Shown: positions 1 to 12,190 of the stretch, in pieces
How positions within the stretch are numbered: position 1 is the stretch's first letter
Layout: each line of letters starts with the position of its first letter
From: Malacoraja senta
Taxonomy: Eukaryota
Length of the DNA: 64,000 nucleotides
Assembly (NCBI GenBank): GCA_038087875.1
Contig: CM075983.1
Location: 33,790,001-33,854,000, forward strand
Reading direction: 5' to 3'
Notes under the pieces: generated by a model
The model's database searches: none
Told to the model about the DNA's origin: nothing
The model's input: only the letters and a program-made list of their open reading frames with translations
Position numbers and translations under genes: made by a program

Positions 1-2270
1 CAGTGCAGGCCAAACAGTTGATTGCATTTTCATTTTATTTCCATTTCCGTTGCAGTTTCAAGCACAGGGCAGGCCAAAAAGCTCATTGCATTTTTTTTTC
101 ATTTCCATTTCCATTGCAGTTTCAAGCACAGGCAGGCCAAACAGCTCATTGCATTTTCATTTTATTTACATTTCCATTGCAGATTCAAGCACAGTGCAGG
201 CCAAACAACTCATTGCATTTTCATTACATTTCCATTTCCATCGCAGTTTCAAGCACAGGGCAGGAAAACAGCTCATTGCACTTTCTTTTCATTTCCATTT
301 CCATCGCAGTTTCAAGCACAGGGCAGGCCAAACAGCTCATTGCATTTTCATATCATTTCCACTTCCATTGCAGATTCAAGCACGGTGCAGGCCAAACAGC
401 TCATTGCATTTTCATTTCATTTCCATTTCCAGTGCAGTGTCAAGCACAGTGCAGGCCAAACAGCTCATTGCATTTTCATTACATTTCCATTTCCATCGCA
501 GTTTCAAACACAGGGCAGGCCAAACAGCTCATTGCATTTTCATTTCATTTCCATTTCCATCGCAGTTTCAAGCACTGGGCAGGCCAAACAGCTCATTGCA
601 TTTTAATTTCATTTCCATTTCTATCACAGTTTCAAGCACAGGGCAGGCCAAACAACTCATTGCATTTTAATTTCCTTTCCATTTCCATTGCAGTTTCAAG
701 CACAGGGCAGGCAAAACAGCTCATTGCATTTTCATTTCATTTCCATTTCCATTGCATTTTCAAGCACTGGGCAGGCCAAACAGCTCATTGTATTTTCATT
801 TCATTTCCATTTCCATTGCAGTTTCAAGCACAGGGCAGGCCAAACAGCTCATTGCATTTTCATTTCATTTCCATTTTCATCACAGTTTCAAGCACTGGGC
901 AGGCCAAACAGCTCATTGCATTTTAATTTCATTTCCATTTCCATCACAGTTTCAAGCACAGGGCAGGCCAAACAACTCTTTGCATTTTCATTTCCTTTCC
1001 ATAACCATCGCAGTTACAAGCACAGGGCAAGCCAAACAGCTCATTGCATTTTCATTTCATTTCCATTTCTACCACATTTTCAAGCACAGGGCAGGCCAAA
1101 CAGCTCATTGCATTTTCATTTCATTTCCATTTCCATTGCATTTTCAAGCACTGGGCAGGCCAAACAGCTCATTGTATTTTCATTTCATTTCCATTTCCAT
1201 TGCAGTTTCAAGCACAGGGCAGGCCAAACAGCTCATTGCATTTTCATTTCATTTCCATTTTCATCACAGTTTCAAGCACTGGGCAGGCCAAACAGCTCAT
1301 TGCATTTTATTTTCATTTCCATTTCCATCACAGTTTCAAGCACAGGGCAGGCCAAACAACTCTTTGCATTTTCATTTCCTTTCCATAACCATCGCAGTTA
1401 CAAGCACAGGGCAAGCCAAACAGCTCATTGCATTTTCATTTCATTTCCATTTCTACCACATTTTCTAGCACAGGGCAGGCCAAACAGCTCATTGCATTTT
1501 CATTTCATTTCCATTTCCATTGCATTTTCATGCACTGGGCAGGCCAAACAGCTCATTGTATTTTCATTTCATTTCCATTTCCATTGCAGTTTCAAGCACA
1601 GGGCAGACCAAACAGCTCATTGCATTTTCATTTCATTTCCATTTTCATCACAGTTTCAAGCACTGGGCAGGCCAAACAGCTCATTGCATTTTAATTTCAT
1701 TTCCATTTGCATCACAGTTTCAAGCACAGGGCAGGCCAAACAACTCTTTGCATTTTCATTTCCTTTCCATAACCATCGCAGTTACAAGCACAGGGCAAGC
1801 CAAACAGCTCATTGCATTTTCATTTCATTTCCATTTCTACCACATTTTCAAGCACAGGGCAGGCCAAACAGCTCATTGCATTTTCATTTCATTTCCATTT
1901 CCATTGCATTTTCAAGCACTGGGCAGGCCAAACAGCTCATTGTATTTTCATTTCATTTCCATTTCCATTGCAGTTTCAAGCACAGGGCAGACCAAACAGC
2001 TCATTGCATTTTCATTTCATTTCCATTTTCATCACAGTTTCAAGCACTGGGCAGGCCAAACAGCTCATTGCATTTTAATTTCATTTCCATTTCCATCACA
2101 GTTTCAAGCACAGGGCAGGCCAAACAACTCTTTGCATTTTCATTTCCTTTCCATAACCATCGCAGTTACAAGCACAGGGCAAGCCAAACAGCTCATTGCA
2201 TTTTCATTTCATTTCCATTTCCATCGCAGTTTCAAGCACAGGGCAGGCCAAACAATTCATTTCATTTTCA
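1..2270. repeat. 64-bp tandem satellite/minisatellite (~35 units) with a 6-unit (384-bp) higher-order repeat in its right two-thirds; runs off the left window edge
   Basis: Unit cagggcaggccaaacagctcattgcattttcatttcatttccatttccattgcagtttcaagca. A diagnostic variant unit (caactctttgc...ccataaccatcgcagttacaag) recurs at ~973, 1357, 1741 and 2125, a spacing of 384. Confidence 0.97.
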
Positions 2271-3414
2271 TTAAGGGCTAACAAATCATTTATAGCAAGT
2301 ACATTGCAGACTCACAGTTCATTTGATTCACAACTTTGAATCACAGTTGTGGCCTCTCCCTCGTGATCTTCCAAAGTGACTGACTCACGTCCAGGCATAC
2401 GGGGTTTTATGCTCCTGACCCCCCCCCCACCCCTGGAAGAGGTGTTACCTTTATCATGGTGATTGACAGGCAAGAGGACCAATCAGTTTGATCTCATGAT
2501 ATTTTAAACAGTCATAACTTTATTTATTATTCATCGATCGGAAAAATCCTCGGGGCTGCCTCAGCGGAGGAGGACTGTGAGTAAGGGCCAAAAATCAGAG
2601 CAATATTGGTAACGTTTTTTCTAATATCAATATTCAGCGCAGACTGGAAGTGGTCAAGATGAGACTTTTAGTTACTTTTTAGTTCAAAATGAGACTTTGA
2701 TACGCCACACATTTAATTGAGGATTGAGCAATTCAACGATTACAAAGATTAATTAAAGTTTTATTAAAACACTTTTCAAAAGCTGGATATGTGCAATTTA
2801 GAAATAATGTTGTTTATCATTTGCAGTGTTAAGCAGTGCAATATCAGAGAACATTCATTGGACAGGGTATGGAATAACACAAAGAGTATAAAGGTTTCAG
2901 GTTCCTTATATATCTCACTTTAGTTAGGTACATGGGAGGAATCTACATGTATGTTTTGTTTGCTGCGATGAGCAGTTCATTGTATCATATTGCAGGCCGC
3001 AGACATGACTTTGCAGTACAGGTCAGCTGTTTCACTCACATGTGTCAGTGCTGCAGGCAGTTTCCAAGCTAGGAACCATCTGATTACAGTTGTCTTTTTG
3101 TATGAAACACGAACCTGGTATAGCAGCAACAATAAATCCCACATCCACTGCTTACAAGCTTGTGACATCAACACTATTTATTTATTTATTTTTAATCGGG
3201 GCGGGTGATTTAATTCTTTGGCAAACTCTTTATATTAATGTTTCTATTGATGTTGTCTTGTTCATTTATGTTCTTTTGTTTTCACATCAATTTCCTTTAT
3301 TTAGTGTTTAGTCTTTAATTTCCAGTTATATGAAAATACACATTTTACTGTGAACAGCAGCTAGTGAATTCCAGATTCTAGTGAAATACAGATTCCAGAA
3401 GATTTTCCTTTCAA

Positions 3415-3578
3415 ACAAAAGAGCTAGATAGTGCTCTTAAAGATAACGGAGTCAGAGGATATGGGGAGAATGCAGGAACGGGGTACTGATTGGGGATGAT
3501 CAGCCATGATCACATTAAATGGTGGTGCTGGCTCGAAGGGCCGAATGGCTTACTCCTGCACCTATTGTCTATTGTCTA
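3415..3578 (+). mobile_element. CR1 (HER1-like) LINE 3' end fragment
   Basis: gagctagatagtgctctt...aagggccgaatggcttactcctgcacctattgtctattgtcta is the reverse complement of the CR1 3' ends at 17165-17280 and 43507-43670. Confidence 0.75.
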
Positions 3579-4239
3579 AAAGCAAAGGTTTGCTGTATGT
3601 TGACTCTGGGTAATGTGCAATACAGAACATAATGTCACATCAGATAAACTGCACCATCTACAAATCTTCCAGCTATGAGCACTGTTTATATCATCTACCA
3701 GTGCAATAATATTCTGCACTTTAAGCCTTCTGTTTATCATCCTCCAGTTACAATGCAACCAGCTGCCTGAATAATGTAAGTATTATTCAGAAAATTGGCC
3801 AGGTTAAAGAAATTGAGAGTGGAAGACTTGTCTGGCATGTGAAACCTCACAAGGGTGTGATGTGCATTATCAGATTTGGCTTGGTACCAATGTTGTTACT
3901 GAAATGGGACAGATTGTAGGAGTGCAGATCGCAAGCAACTGTACTTCTGCATTGCCACAGATTGAATAAATTATTTATTGGTTCATGTGCAGATCAAATG
4001 AATTCAAGAAGAGCTAACAAAATTAAAAAAAAAAAACAAGAGTGCAATGCGTGGTATTTGGAATATTGATGCATCCCCCACCTCCATTGTCACTGATTTA
4101 TTTTGCTATTGCTCACGATCCCGATTCTGGGTTGTTAAACCCTAGCAATGCACTAGTTGCACTCAGTGCTTTTTTTGAAGATGAAATGGTGGCAGTACAC
4201 ATAATAGTTGATGCGATGCAATTGCCTGATGTACACCAA

Positions 4240-4880
4240 TCTAGTGTTTAACTTTCCAGTCATGCCGGTAGAGCCTACCATCACAAGAAAAGCACAGTTG
4301 CACTGATAGCATCTTATAGTACAAACCCCATCACCAATTAAACTGCTTGACAGATATGTGATTATCTGTGATGCCACTTTCAGGGAACTGTATACCTGTA
4401 CTCCTAGATCCCTTTGCTCTACAACACACCCCAGGACCCTACCAATCAATACATAGGTCCTGTCCTGATTTGAATTCCCAAAATGCAAAACCTCATGGTT
4501 ATCTGCATTAAACCCCATTAGCCATTCCTCAGCTCACTCCCAGCAGATCGAGATCCTGCTGTAATTTTGGATAACCATCTTCACTGTCTACATTATCACC
4601 TACTTTAATATCATCTACACTTACTAATCATGCTTTGTTCCATCTCATCTAAATCATTGATATAAACTGCAAACAGCAATGGGACCAGCACTGATCCCTG
4701 AGACACACCACTATTCATAAGCCTCCACTGCTAAAAACAATCTGCCACCATTACCTTCTGTTTTCTACCATGAAACCAATACTGTATCCAGGCAGCTAGT
4801 CTCCCTGGATTCCATGCGATCTAACCTACCAGAGCAGCCTACCATGTTGAGCCTTAGCAGCCTTGCTGGAGTTCATATGA
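4240..4880 (-). mobile_element. Degenerate CR1 LINE RT C-terminal fragment
   Basis: Minus ORF 4153-4518 contains FNADNHEVLHFG...EQRDLGVQVYSSLKVASQ, typical of the CR1 ORF2 C-terminus. Confidence 0.8.
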
Positions 4881-4924
4881 ACATGGTTGAGCAATTACAT
4901 GTAGGAACGATCTGCAATGTGACT

Positions 4925-5168
4925 ATTTAATCCATATGCCAATGCTTGCTAAGAATTGAACTATTTAGATTGTTCCCTCTTCCCACTTCTTCCAGCTCTC
5001 TGTGAATGTTATATCTTGCACTGAATGTTGTACCCTTTATCTTTTGTCGGTGCACTGTGGACAGCTTGATTGTATTCATGTATAGTCTTTTCTCTGACTG
5101 GATAGCACACAAACAAAAGCTTTTCACTGTACCTCAGTACACGTGACAATAATAAACTAAACTAAAAT
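4925..5168 (+). mobile_element. 3' tail fragment of a non-LTR retroelement
   Basis: Ends cactgtacctcagtacacgtgacaataataaactaaactaaa, a polyA signal followed by a short tandem tail. Similar tails occur at ~35340-35485 (+), 29075-29220 (-) and 36085-36140 (-). Confidence 0.5.
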
Positions 5169-5659
5169 AATTAGTGCTTCTAACCCCTACTGCCATTTCA
5201 GACATTAAGTTGCAGATTTCACAACAATTCTTTTCTCAAATCCCCCACAATCATTTTACCAATTAACTCATGTCCATGTCATTTAGGTATTGAACCCTGT
5301 GCCCAAAGAAAGATCCTTCCTGCTCACCTTGCTTAAGCTGTTAATAATGGCACACAATTCAGTTAAATCTCACCTTTGTTCCAAAAGGGGAAAAAAAGCT
5401 GCAGTTCCTTGTGTCTCCATTTTACTGTCTTGTCAGTTGGTCCTCATAACAATAATTCCCTGAACCAGGCATTATCCTTGAAAAAGTCATTAACTCTCAC
5501 TAATGCTGACACATCCTCCTTGTATAATTCGGTCTATCAATATCACAGATGGGTGCAGGCTTGTGGAGATTATACAGATGTGAAAGCGTGAACATGGGAG
5601 GATTTGCAAACAGAAGTGAGAACTTTAAAACGGAGGCACTGTTTAACTGAATGCTAACG

Positions 5660-6010
5660 TTGATCATTGACTGAAGTGCATAAAGTTATGAGAAGCATAG
5701 ATAAGGGAGATAATCAGAGTCATCTTTCCAATGGTGGAAATGTCAAATATTATAGCTTTAAGGTGAGAGTGGGAAAGTTTAAAGGAGATGTGTGAGGTAA
5801 GTTTATTTACACAAGGAATGGTTGGTGTCTGGAATGCACAGCGAGGAGAGGTGGTATAATCAGATACAATAGCAACATTTAAGAGGTATTTAGACAGATA
5901 CACAAACAATTAGAGAGAGGAAGGATGTGCAGGCAGATGGAATTAGTGAGGCTGGCATGGTTGGCACAGACATTGTTTGCCTAAGCACACCTGTTCCTGT
6001 GTTGTAGTTC
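5660..6010 (+). mobile_element. Degenerate CR1 LINE 3' portion
   Basis: gaagtgcataaagttatgagaagcatagataagg...tttaaggtgagagtgggaaagtttaaagg...tttagacagatacac, homologous to 48040-48230 and 49620-49760. Confidence 0.7.
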
Positions 6011-8234
6011 CATGTCAAAGACTATTTTAAATACAACTTTACATTATAAGTTCAGATAAAATCTTTACCTCTGAATTAAATGTATTGTTAATGTACTGTA
6101 TGTGATATTGATCTGTTAAAAAAATGAATAAGTAGTTTAGAGGAGAAATTCTATGCTAAGGAGTTAACAGAGGGAGATAGGTGCTGGACAGCAGAAGTCA
6201 GTATGACCTCAAGTTAACGATAGATAGAATGTGGGAGGACAGCCAGGAACACATTGGTGTGGTGAAATCTAGAGAGACCAAATGTAAGTTTGAGAGATTC
6301 AGCAGAAAATGAGGTGAGACAGGAGCAGCATTATGATGGCAGAAGTAGCCTTCATAGCAATGGTCAACAAACTGCAACACACATCAAATATGACACAAAG
6401 GCTTAAATAGACTTGTTTGGAAAACTGCTTGAAAGAGGGATGAAGTTGGTGGAGAGGAAACTAAGGGTGCTGCAGGGTCTTCCTAATATTTAGTTGGAGC
6501 AGTGACAACTGTGAAGCAGCAGTGGAAGTGGTGCACGGAGGAGGGCCGAGGACGGTGGGATGAATCCTTCAGAAATTCGGCTTTGCAGACTATTAAGAGG
6601 TTGTGTATAGCTGGTGAAATGAGCTCATTGCAAACATTTCTGGCTCCCATGCATGAATATGTTGCAAACAAGGACATTGATACAATACATTTGTCCCTAA
6701 TCTTGCTGCAGTAATCTTTTGCATCGTTAAACTGTCAGCCAAAATGTAGTGAGAACTGAACATGAAGAAGATCATTTTACTGCAGCAACAAATATTTTCT
6801 GTCAGTATCTGCATAATTATAATGCTTCTCAGTTTAAATTAAACATGTTTTATTAGCTTTTATTTTGAAATTTATTCTTACTTAAATCTTACCCAACTTG
6901 AATTCTAATATACAGGTGCACTGATGCACAACATTCAACAACATACATGATGCATGAATCCCTTGAATTTATTAGGAGACTGTACTGTTATTGAATGAAA
7001 GAGATTTGCACTCCTATTTTCACTTCACCACATCTTACTTTCTCTGCAGTTGTGTAAAATAGATTTATAGAATGGTGAATGAATTATATTATGTTTGAGT
7101 AAAATCTCTAATTATAGATACTGCACACAGACTTTTCCAATCTCTTCTCTTATGTGAGTCTGACATTATACCCAAAGGGAATGATTACTGCAGAGCAGAA
7201 TGCATTTCAACCTGTCCTTGATTTGGCAACCAAAGCATTTAATCCGTTTGCTGTTACTGAATCACACCTTAAAATAGTATTTATAAACATGTCAGCCAGT
7301 TTCTTCATCCGGAGAAAAAAATGCAGGTGGTGGAATCTGTTATTACATCCCATTATTATGACATTATCAATGTACCCTCAGGGAAACCTAACCATGCTTA
7401 ATGAAAGGGAGCATTTGCTAAGCAGCAAAGTTAGGCCTGCATCAAATTAATCTTTTTCAGTCTTGAAAGCTAAAAATAAAACATATGCATTCTTGCAAAT
7501 CTTCCTTACATGAAATATTCAAAAAAGCTTCTTTGCAGTAACAGTGACTGCAGATGTAATAGAATGAATGACCTTTTGAAGACGTGTTATGAGACTTTAC
7601 TGTACCGAAATTCAAACAAAATTATAAATTGTCTTTAAATTAACTTTTTAGAACCGCATAAAATGGTAAATGTTGGATTTTCTACCCTAATAGTGGAGTT
7701 CATGCCCTCCCCCATTAGACACAAATACGAAAAAAGGAAATTGTTCAGAGAAGAAATATGTGGAATCTGTCTCCACCTAGTGGATGTTTGATGGAAAAGG
7801 GACAGAAAACTGAACACATTACATACAACATTGCAGTCCCAGAACTTGGCAGAAGCACGTAAATGTAGGAACAGACTTTACTCCTAGCTCTCCTTTACGA
7901 TTCCGCAAGGCACATTCTATAGCCACAGACAGGAAGATGGTAAGAGTTCATGAACTTAGGCAATGGTGGTGACAATGGTTTTGTGGTGGTTGAGGGAGTG
8001 AGTGGGTGCGGTGTGAGCTGGTATTGGAAGGGGGTGGGTTTGGTGGGTTCAAGTTCAAGTTTGAGTTCAAGTTCGCGTTTATTGTCACCTAACCAATTAA
8101 GGTACAGTGACATTTGTGTGGTGATGTGGGATAAAACAGGCCATGGTGTAGAAGGAGAGTGCAGAGTGTCACAGGAAACTTTATTCTCCTAACTACTTTG
8201 TAATTTCTAAACCAAGATGATAGACAACACAGCA

Positions 8235-8545
8235 AGCCCAGTCACAGCTGGTAAAGCTGCCGTCGCACAGTTCCAGCGACATGGGTTGCATCCTGACCTC
8301 CTCTATAGTTTGCGTGAAGCTTGCACATTCTCCCAGTGACTCAATGGGTTTCCTGCAAGTATTCCACTTTCCTCCTATATCCCAAAGCCAGGTGGATTTG
8401 ATAGCTTAACCAGTCACGGTAAATTATCCTTGGTATATACTTGAGTCGAAGGGAATGTTTGGAGAATAAAATGTGAGTAATGTGGGATAAGTTTAATGGT
8501 CGGACAGACACAGTAAACGGAACTTTTCCATGCTGTATGAAACTT
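8235..8545 (+). mobile_element. Old degenerate tRNA-derived V-SINE
   Basis: Degenerate match to the SINE at 9107 (B-box-like gggttgcatcctgacc; gcacattctccc...gggtttcc; cctcctatatcccaaa). Confidence 0.6.
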
Positions 8546-9106
8546 TGACAAGGGGCAAGCTAAACCTGAGGGATCTTAGATATTACCCTAGGACACTCTT
8601 GGATGTCCTTTCATACAAGAGCATTGATAAATTAATTTCTCATCATCCCCCATGCCCATGATTAGAAATATCTATTTCTTATGAAAGGTTTTCCTTCATA
8701 GCCATTCACATAAGTTCCATCTGCAGTGAGTATCTTATGACTTTAGGTTTGTGCCAAAGTTTATTTGGAGCCAGCATTCGAACTTTTTTTTTCCATTGGT
8801 TTTTAATCATGAACGTTCAGAGAAAATGACAAATTAGCAAAACTCAGGGCTCACCAAAAGATGGCGACTTGCTTGGATGGAACCCATCAGCGTATGTTCA
8901 TATCAGTAAAGCTTCTCACAAAGGAATCATTTTATTTGGAATTCATGTTAAGAAGTCAACCTCAGACTATAGAACCTTTATAAACCCGATTTACATTCAC
9001 AAAAAAATGATGTTGAACAATATTCTTAGTTTTATATTTTTGTTAGAATAGGAAAGGATGATTCAGGAGCAGTACAGTGATGCAATTGGTGGAGCTGTTG
9101 CCACAT

Positions 9107-9408
9107 GGTCACGATAGCGCAGCGGTAGAGTTGCTGCCCTACAACGAATGCAGCGCCAGAGACCCGGGTTCGATCCTGACTACGGGTGCTGTCTGTACGG
9201 AGTTTTACGTTCTCCCCGTGATCTGTGTGGGTTTGCGCCGAGATTCCTCCCACACTCCAAACAAGTACAGGTTTGTAGGTTAATTAGCTTGGAAATTATA
9301 AAAATTGACCCTAGTAGGTGTAGGATAGTGTTAATGTGCAGGGATCGCTGGTCGGCGCGGACAGAGTGGGCCAAAGGGCCTGTTTCCGCACTGTATCTCT
9401 AAACTAAA
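9107..9408 (+). mobile_element. HE1-like V-SINE (tRNA head, V-core, CR1-derived tail), apparently nested in an older SINE copy (~9066-9106 and 9409-9520)
   Basis: A-box tagcgcagcgg, B-box ggttcgatcc, core ttctccccgtg...cctcccacactccaaa, tail gggcctgtttccgcactgtatctctaaactaaa. Confidence 0.85.
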
Positions 9409-9589
9409 TTGTCCATGTATAGAGTCTGTAGGTTTTCCCTGTGACTGCACGGCTTTTCTATGGGTGATCCAGGTTATTTTGACATTCCAAAGATGTGCGG
9501 GTTGGAAGATTAATTATCTACTCTTAATTGCTCTGATGATATGTGGGTGAGAGGTAGCACTTGAACAGCCAAGAAAGAAGAAGGCTACA

Positions 9590-10010
9590 GAGATTGGTAG
9601 ATTGTCTGGTCCATCATAGGTATTGAGCTCCCCACCATCCAAGGGATCTATAGAAGATGCTGCCTCATAAAGGCAGCCAATATCATCAAAGATCCATACC
9701 ACCCTGGCCATGCTTTCATTTCGCTTCTACCATCGGGAAGAATAAGAATGTGCAGGAGCCTGGATACTGTGACCATCAGTTCAAGAACAGCTTCTCCCCA
9801 GCAACCATCAGACTCTTGAACACTACACAACACTAACCTCTACCTCAGCCAATATGATCATCTATAAGCTATGCCTTTGGTTGCACTATGGATTTCAGTT
9901 TTGCACTAATATAAATATGTAATATTACTGTCATTAGTTTATTGTGTTATTGATTATTCTATATTTATTTGTGTGTTATTAATTTTATGGGCCTGACAGG
10001 CTGCAGGGAG
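9590..10010 (+). mobile_element. Rex1/Babar-like LINE 3' fragment
   Basis: Homologous to 54140-54350 and, in reverse, to 50340-50560 (ctgcctcataaaggcagccaatatcatcaaaga...cagcttctcccc). Confidence 0.65.
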
Positions 10011-11963
10011 TAAGTACAGGTACACCATCGATTTGCCGGCAACTGATCTTTAATCTGGACAAAATGTAACTGTTACATACTATATGGCCAATTTTACTTC
10101 AGAGTCACGTTTGTGACTACGTGAAGAAGACCCGTCAGCGCGCATGCGCGTCATTACGTCGGTCGCATTGGCGCACAGACAGCGGGAGGACAGAGCTCCT
10201 CCTGATGTAAGTACTTTTAGGGTATTTTTAAAGAGTTTTAAAGCTCCAGCTAAGTCTGAAACTTGTCAGAAATTTAGCTGGAGTAAAATAAGTTCCTTGA
10301 CTGTGGTGCTGTGCTCTGTGTTTTGTCACAGGCAGCACCATGGTGAAGACGAGCAGGGGAGGATAGAGCTCCTCCTGTGGTAAGTACTTTTAAAGTACTT
10401 TTATAGTTTAAAGCTCCAGCTAAGTGGGAAGCTTAGCTGGAGGGGAAAGTTTATTTTGTGGTGCTCTGTGTTTTTGATTACAGGCAGCACCATGATGAAG
10501 ACGACCAGGGGGAGGGCAGCCGCAGGTAAAGCATAGGAGAGCCGCGGGAATGCGGTCTGTCAGCGGCTGCCTCGTACCCCTGCACAGTCGCCGACCGGGA
10601 GCGGGGCGACTTCAGACTGAGTGCTAAAAAGCACCAAAGCCAACGCCTGTCGGGCGTAAGGCACGGGGAAGTCTGGGAGGCCCTTGGACTCAACTGAGTC
10701 AGGCCACAACGAGCCTGTACGGGGCTGGAGACGTTTTTTAAATGGTTCTCCCAAATGGAGCACCTCATCCAGTGGTTGCTCCAGAAACGCACACTCCGGG
10801 GAGGAGTCGTGTGGGCGGTAGGCTGCAGAAAGGCCACGCCGGCAGCACCTGGTAGAGGGCTGCTTAAAGCACCCTCATGCATGAGGTGAGTGCAGAGGGT
10901 CAGCTAAGGTCTGACCCCGACTCAGACTTGGAAATAGCGAAGAACGGCCGTTGTCAGAGGTCCATTCTCTGGCAGCACGATTCGCTGTCCAGTCAGAGTA
11001 TGGAGTGCCACTGGGAGAAGAGCTGGCCTCCACGATAGGGTCAGCTCAGTTCTGACCCGATTCTGACGGAGACTTTGTTGAATAGCGAAGAACGGCCGTT
11101 GTCAGAGGTCCATTCTCTGGCAGCACGATTCGCTGTCCCGTCAGAGTATGGAATGCCTCTGGGTAAGCGAAGACGGCCGTTGTCAGAGTTCCCATCTCTG
11201 GCAGTATGATACGCTGTCCAGTCAGAGTCTGGAATCACCAAGAGAAGGAGTAACTGCGAGTTGCTGAAGGTGCCAGCAGTGAACCGGGTGATATGGAGCC
11301 AGACGGGCGTGGGCGTGCAGTGCCCAGGAGATGAAGCTGCAGAGAATCCTGAAATTACTTGGCTCAGGAATCACGGCGTTCGCGAGAACGGTGGATGGAG
11401 GGCTTGTTTCGGAGACGCATCAAGAGGTACTAGGGTTGCTTTGTAGCACCCATTTTTTAGATAAATTGTCTCAGGGAAAGTGCCATTCGGCCCACCATTA
11501 ATTCCAAGATTGCAGTATTTTTCCCAGCCTAGCAACATACAGCCGGCAAACCTACTCTTCGGAGAGGACCTCGCCAAGAGTGTCAAGGAGATGGACGACG
11601 AGGCAAAGATGGTGGGCTTGATCAAGCCACCGGCAGTCGGCAAGTTTCCAAAATAAAGTACCCCTACAAATGAAGTGGGAACATGGTCAAACATCCACCA
11701 GGTACCAAGGAGGTAGGTGGGCCTGGTTCTCAGGTGCACATATCAAATGTGACACAACTTAAACTGGGGTACATTACATCTTTCTGGGATGAATGGAAGC
11801 AAATTACCTTAGCTCTGTTTATACAGAGTGTTATTCAAAGGTTTCGAATGGATTTCAATCCAAAATGTGATTTGCACATTCAGCATGTTCTTGGTAGAAC
11901 TATTCAGTTTTCATTAACAGAACAGATGGATGATCAGACTGCGCTTGCAAGCTTATGTGATAA

Positions 11964-12190
11964 ATTCAATTCAATTCAATTCCTTTATTGTCATCTTGCA
12001 AGCAACAGTTGTGCAGTGCAAAACCAAAAGACGTTTCCCAGGGAATACCGGATCATCGCGCATGACGTTTAAAAAAATTCACACATAATAATAACAACAC
12101 TAAAAACAATCCAGTCCCTGATGGAACAGTATAAGTTAAAATAGATACAAACAACGTTAAAATACAGTGAGACCAATCATAAACATGTCC
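11964..12190 (-). mobile_element. Short LINE 3' tail inserted into DIRS #1 pol
   Basis: aattcaattcaattcaattcctttattgtc is the reverse of AATAAA plus a (GAATT)n tail, and it interrupts DIRS-like sequence. Confidence 0.55.

Noticed and set aside
1-2270. CRISPR-like regular repeat
   Set aside because: No unique spacers and no cas genes; eukaryotic context.
3-2281. Long overlapping ORFs (up to 528 aa) in all three + frames
   Set aside because: By-product of a stop-poor 64-bp tandem unit; the same low-complexity peptide rotates through all frames.
7837-7939. Possible + strand exon (ttgcag ... ATG|gtaaga; PRTWQKHVNVGTDFTPSSPLRFRKAHSIATDRKM)
   Set aside because: Weak pyrimidine tract, unrecognised peptide and no partner exons; unsupported without RNA data.
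9107-9185. tRNA-like sequence
   Set aside because: It is the SINE head (A/B boxes followed by SINE core and LINE tail), not a tRNA gene.
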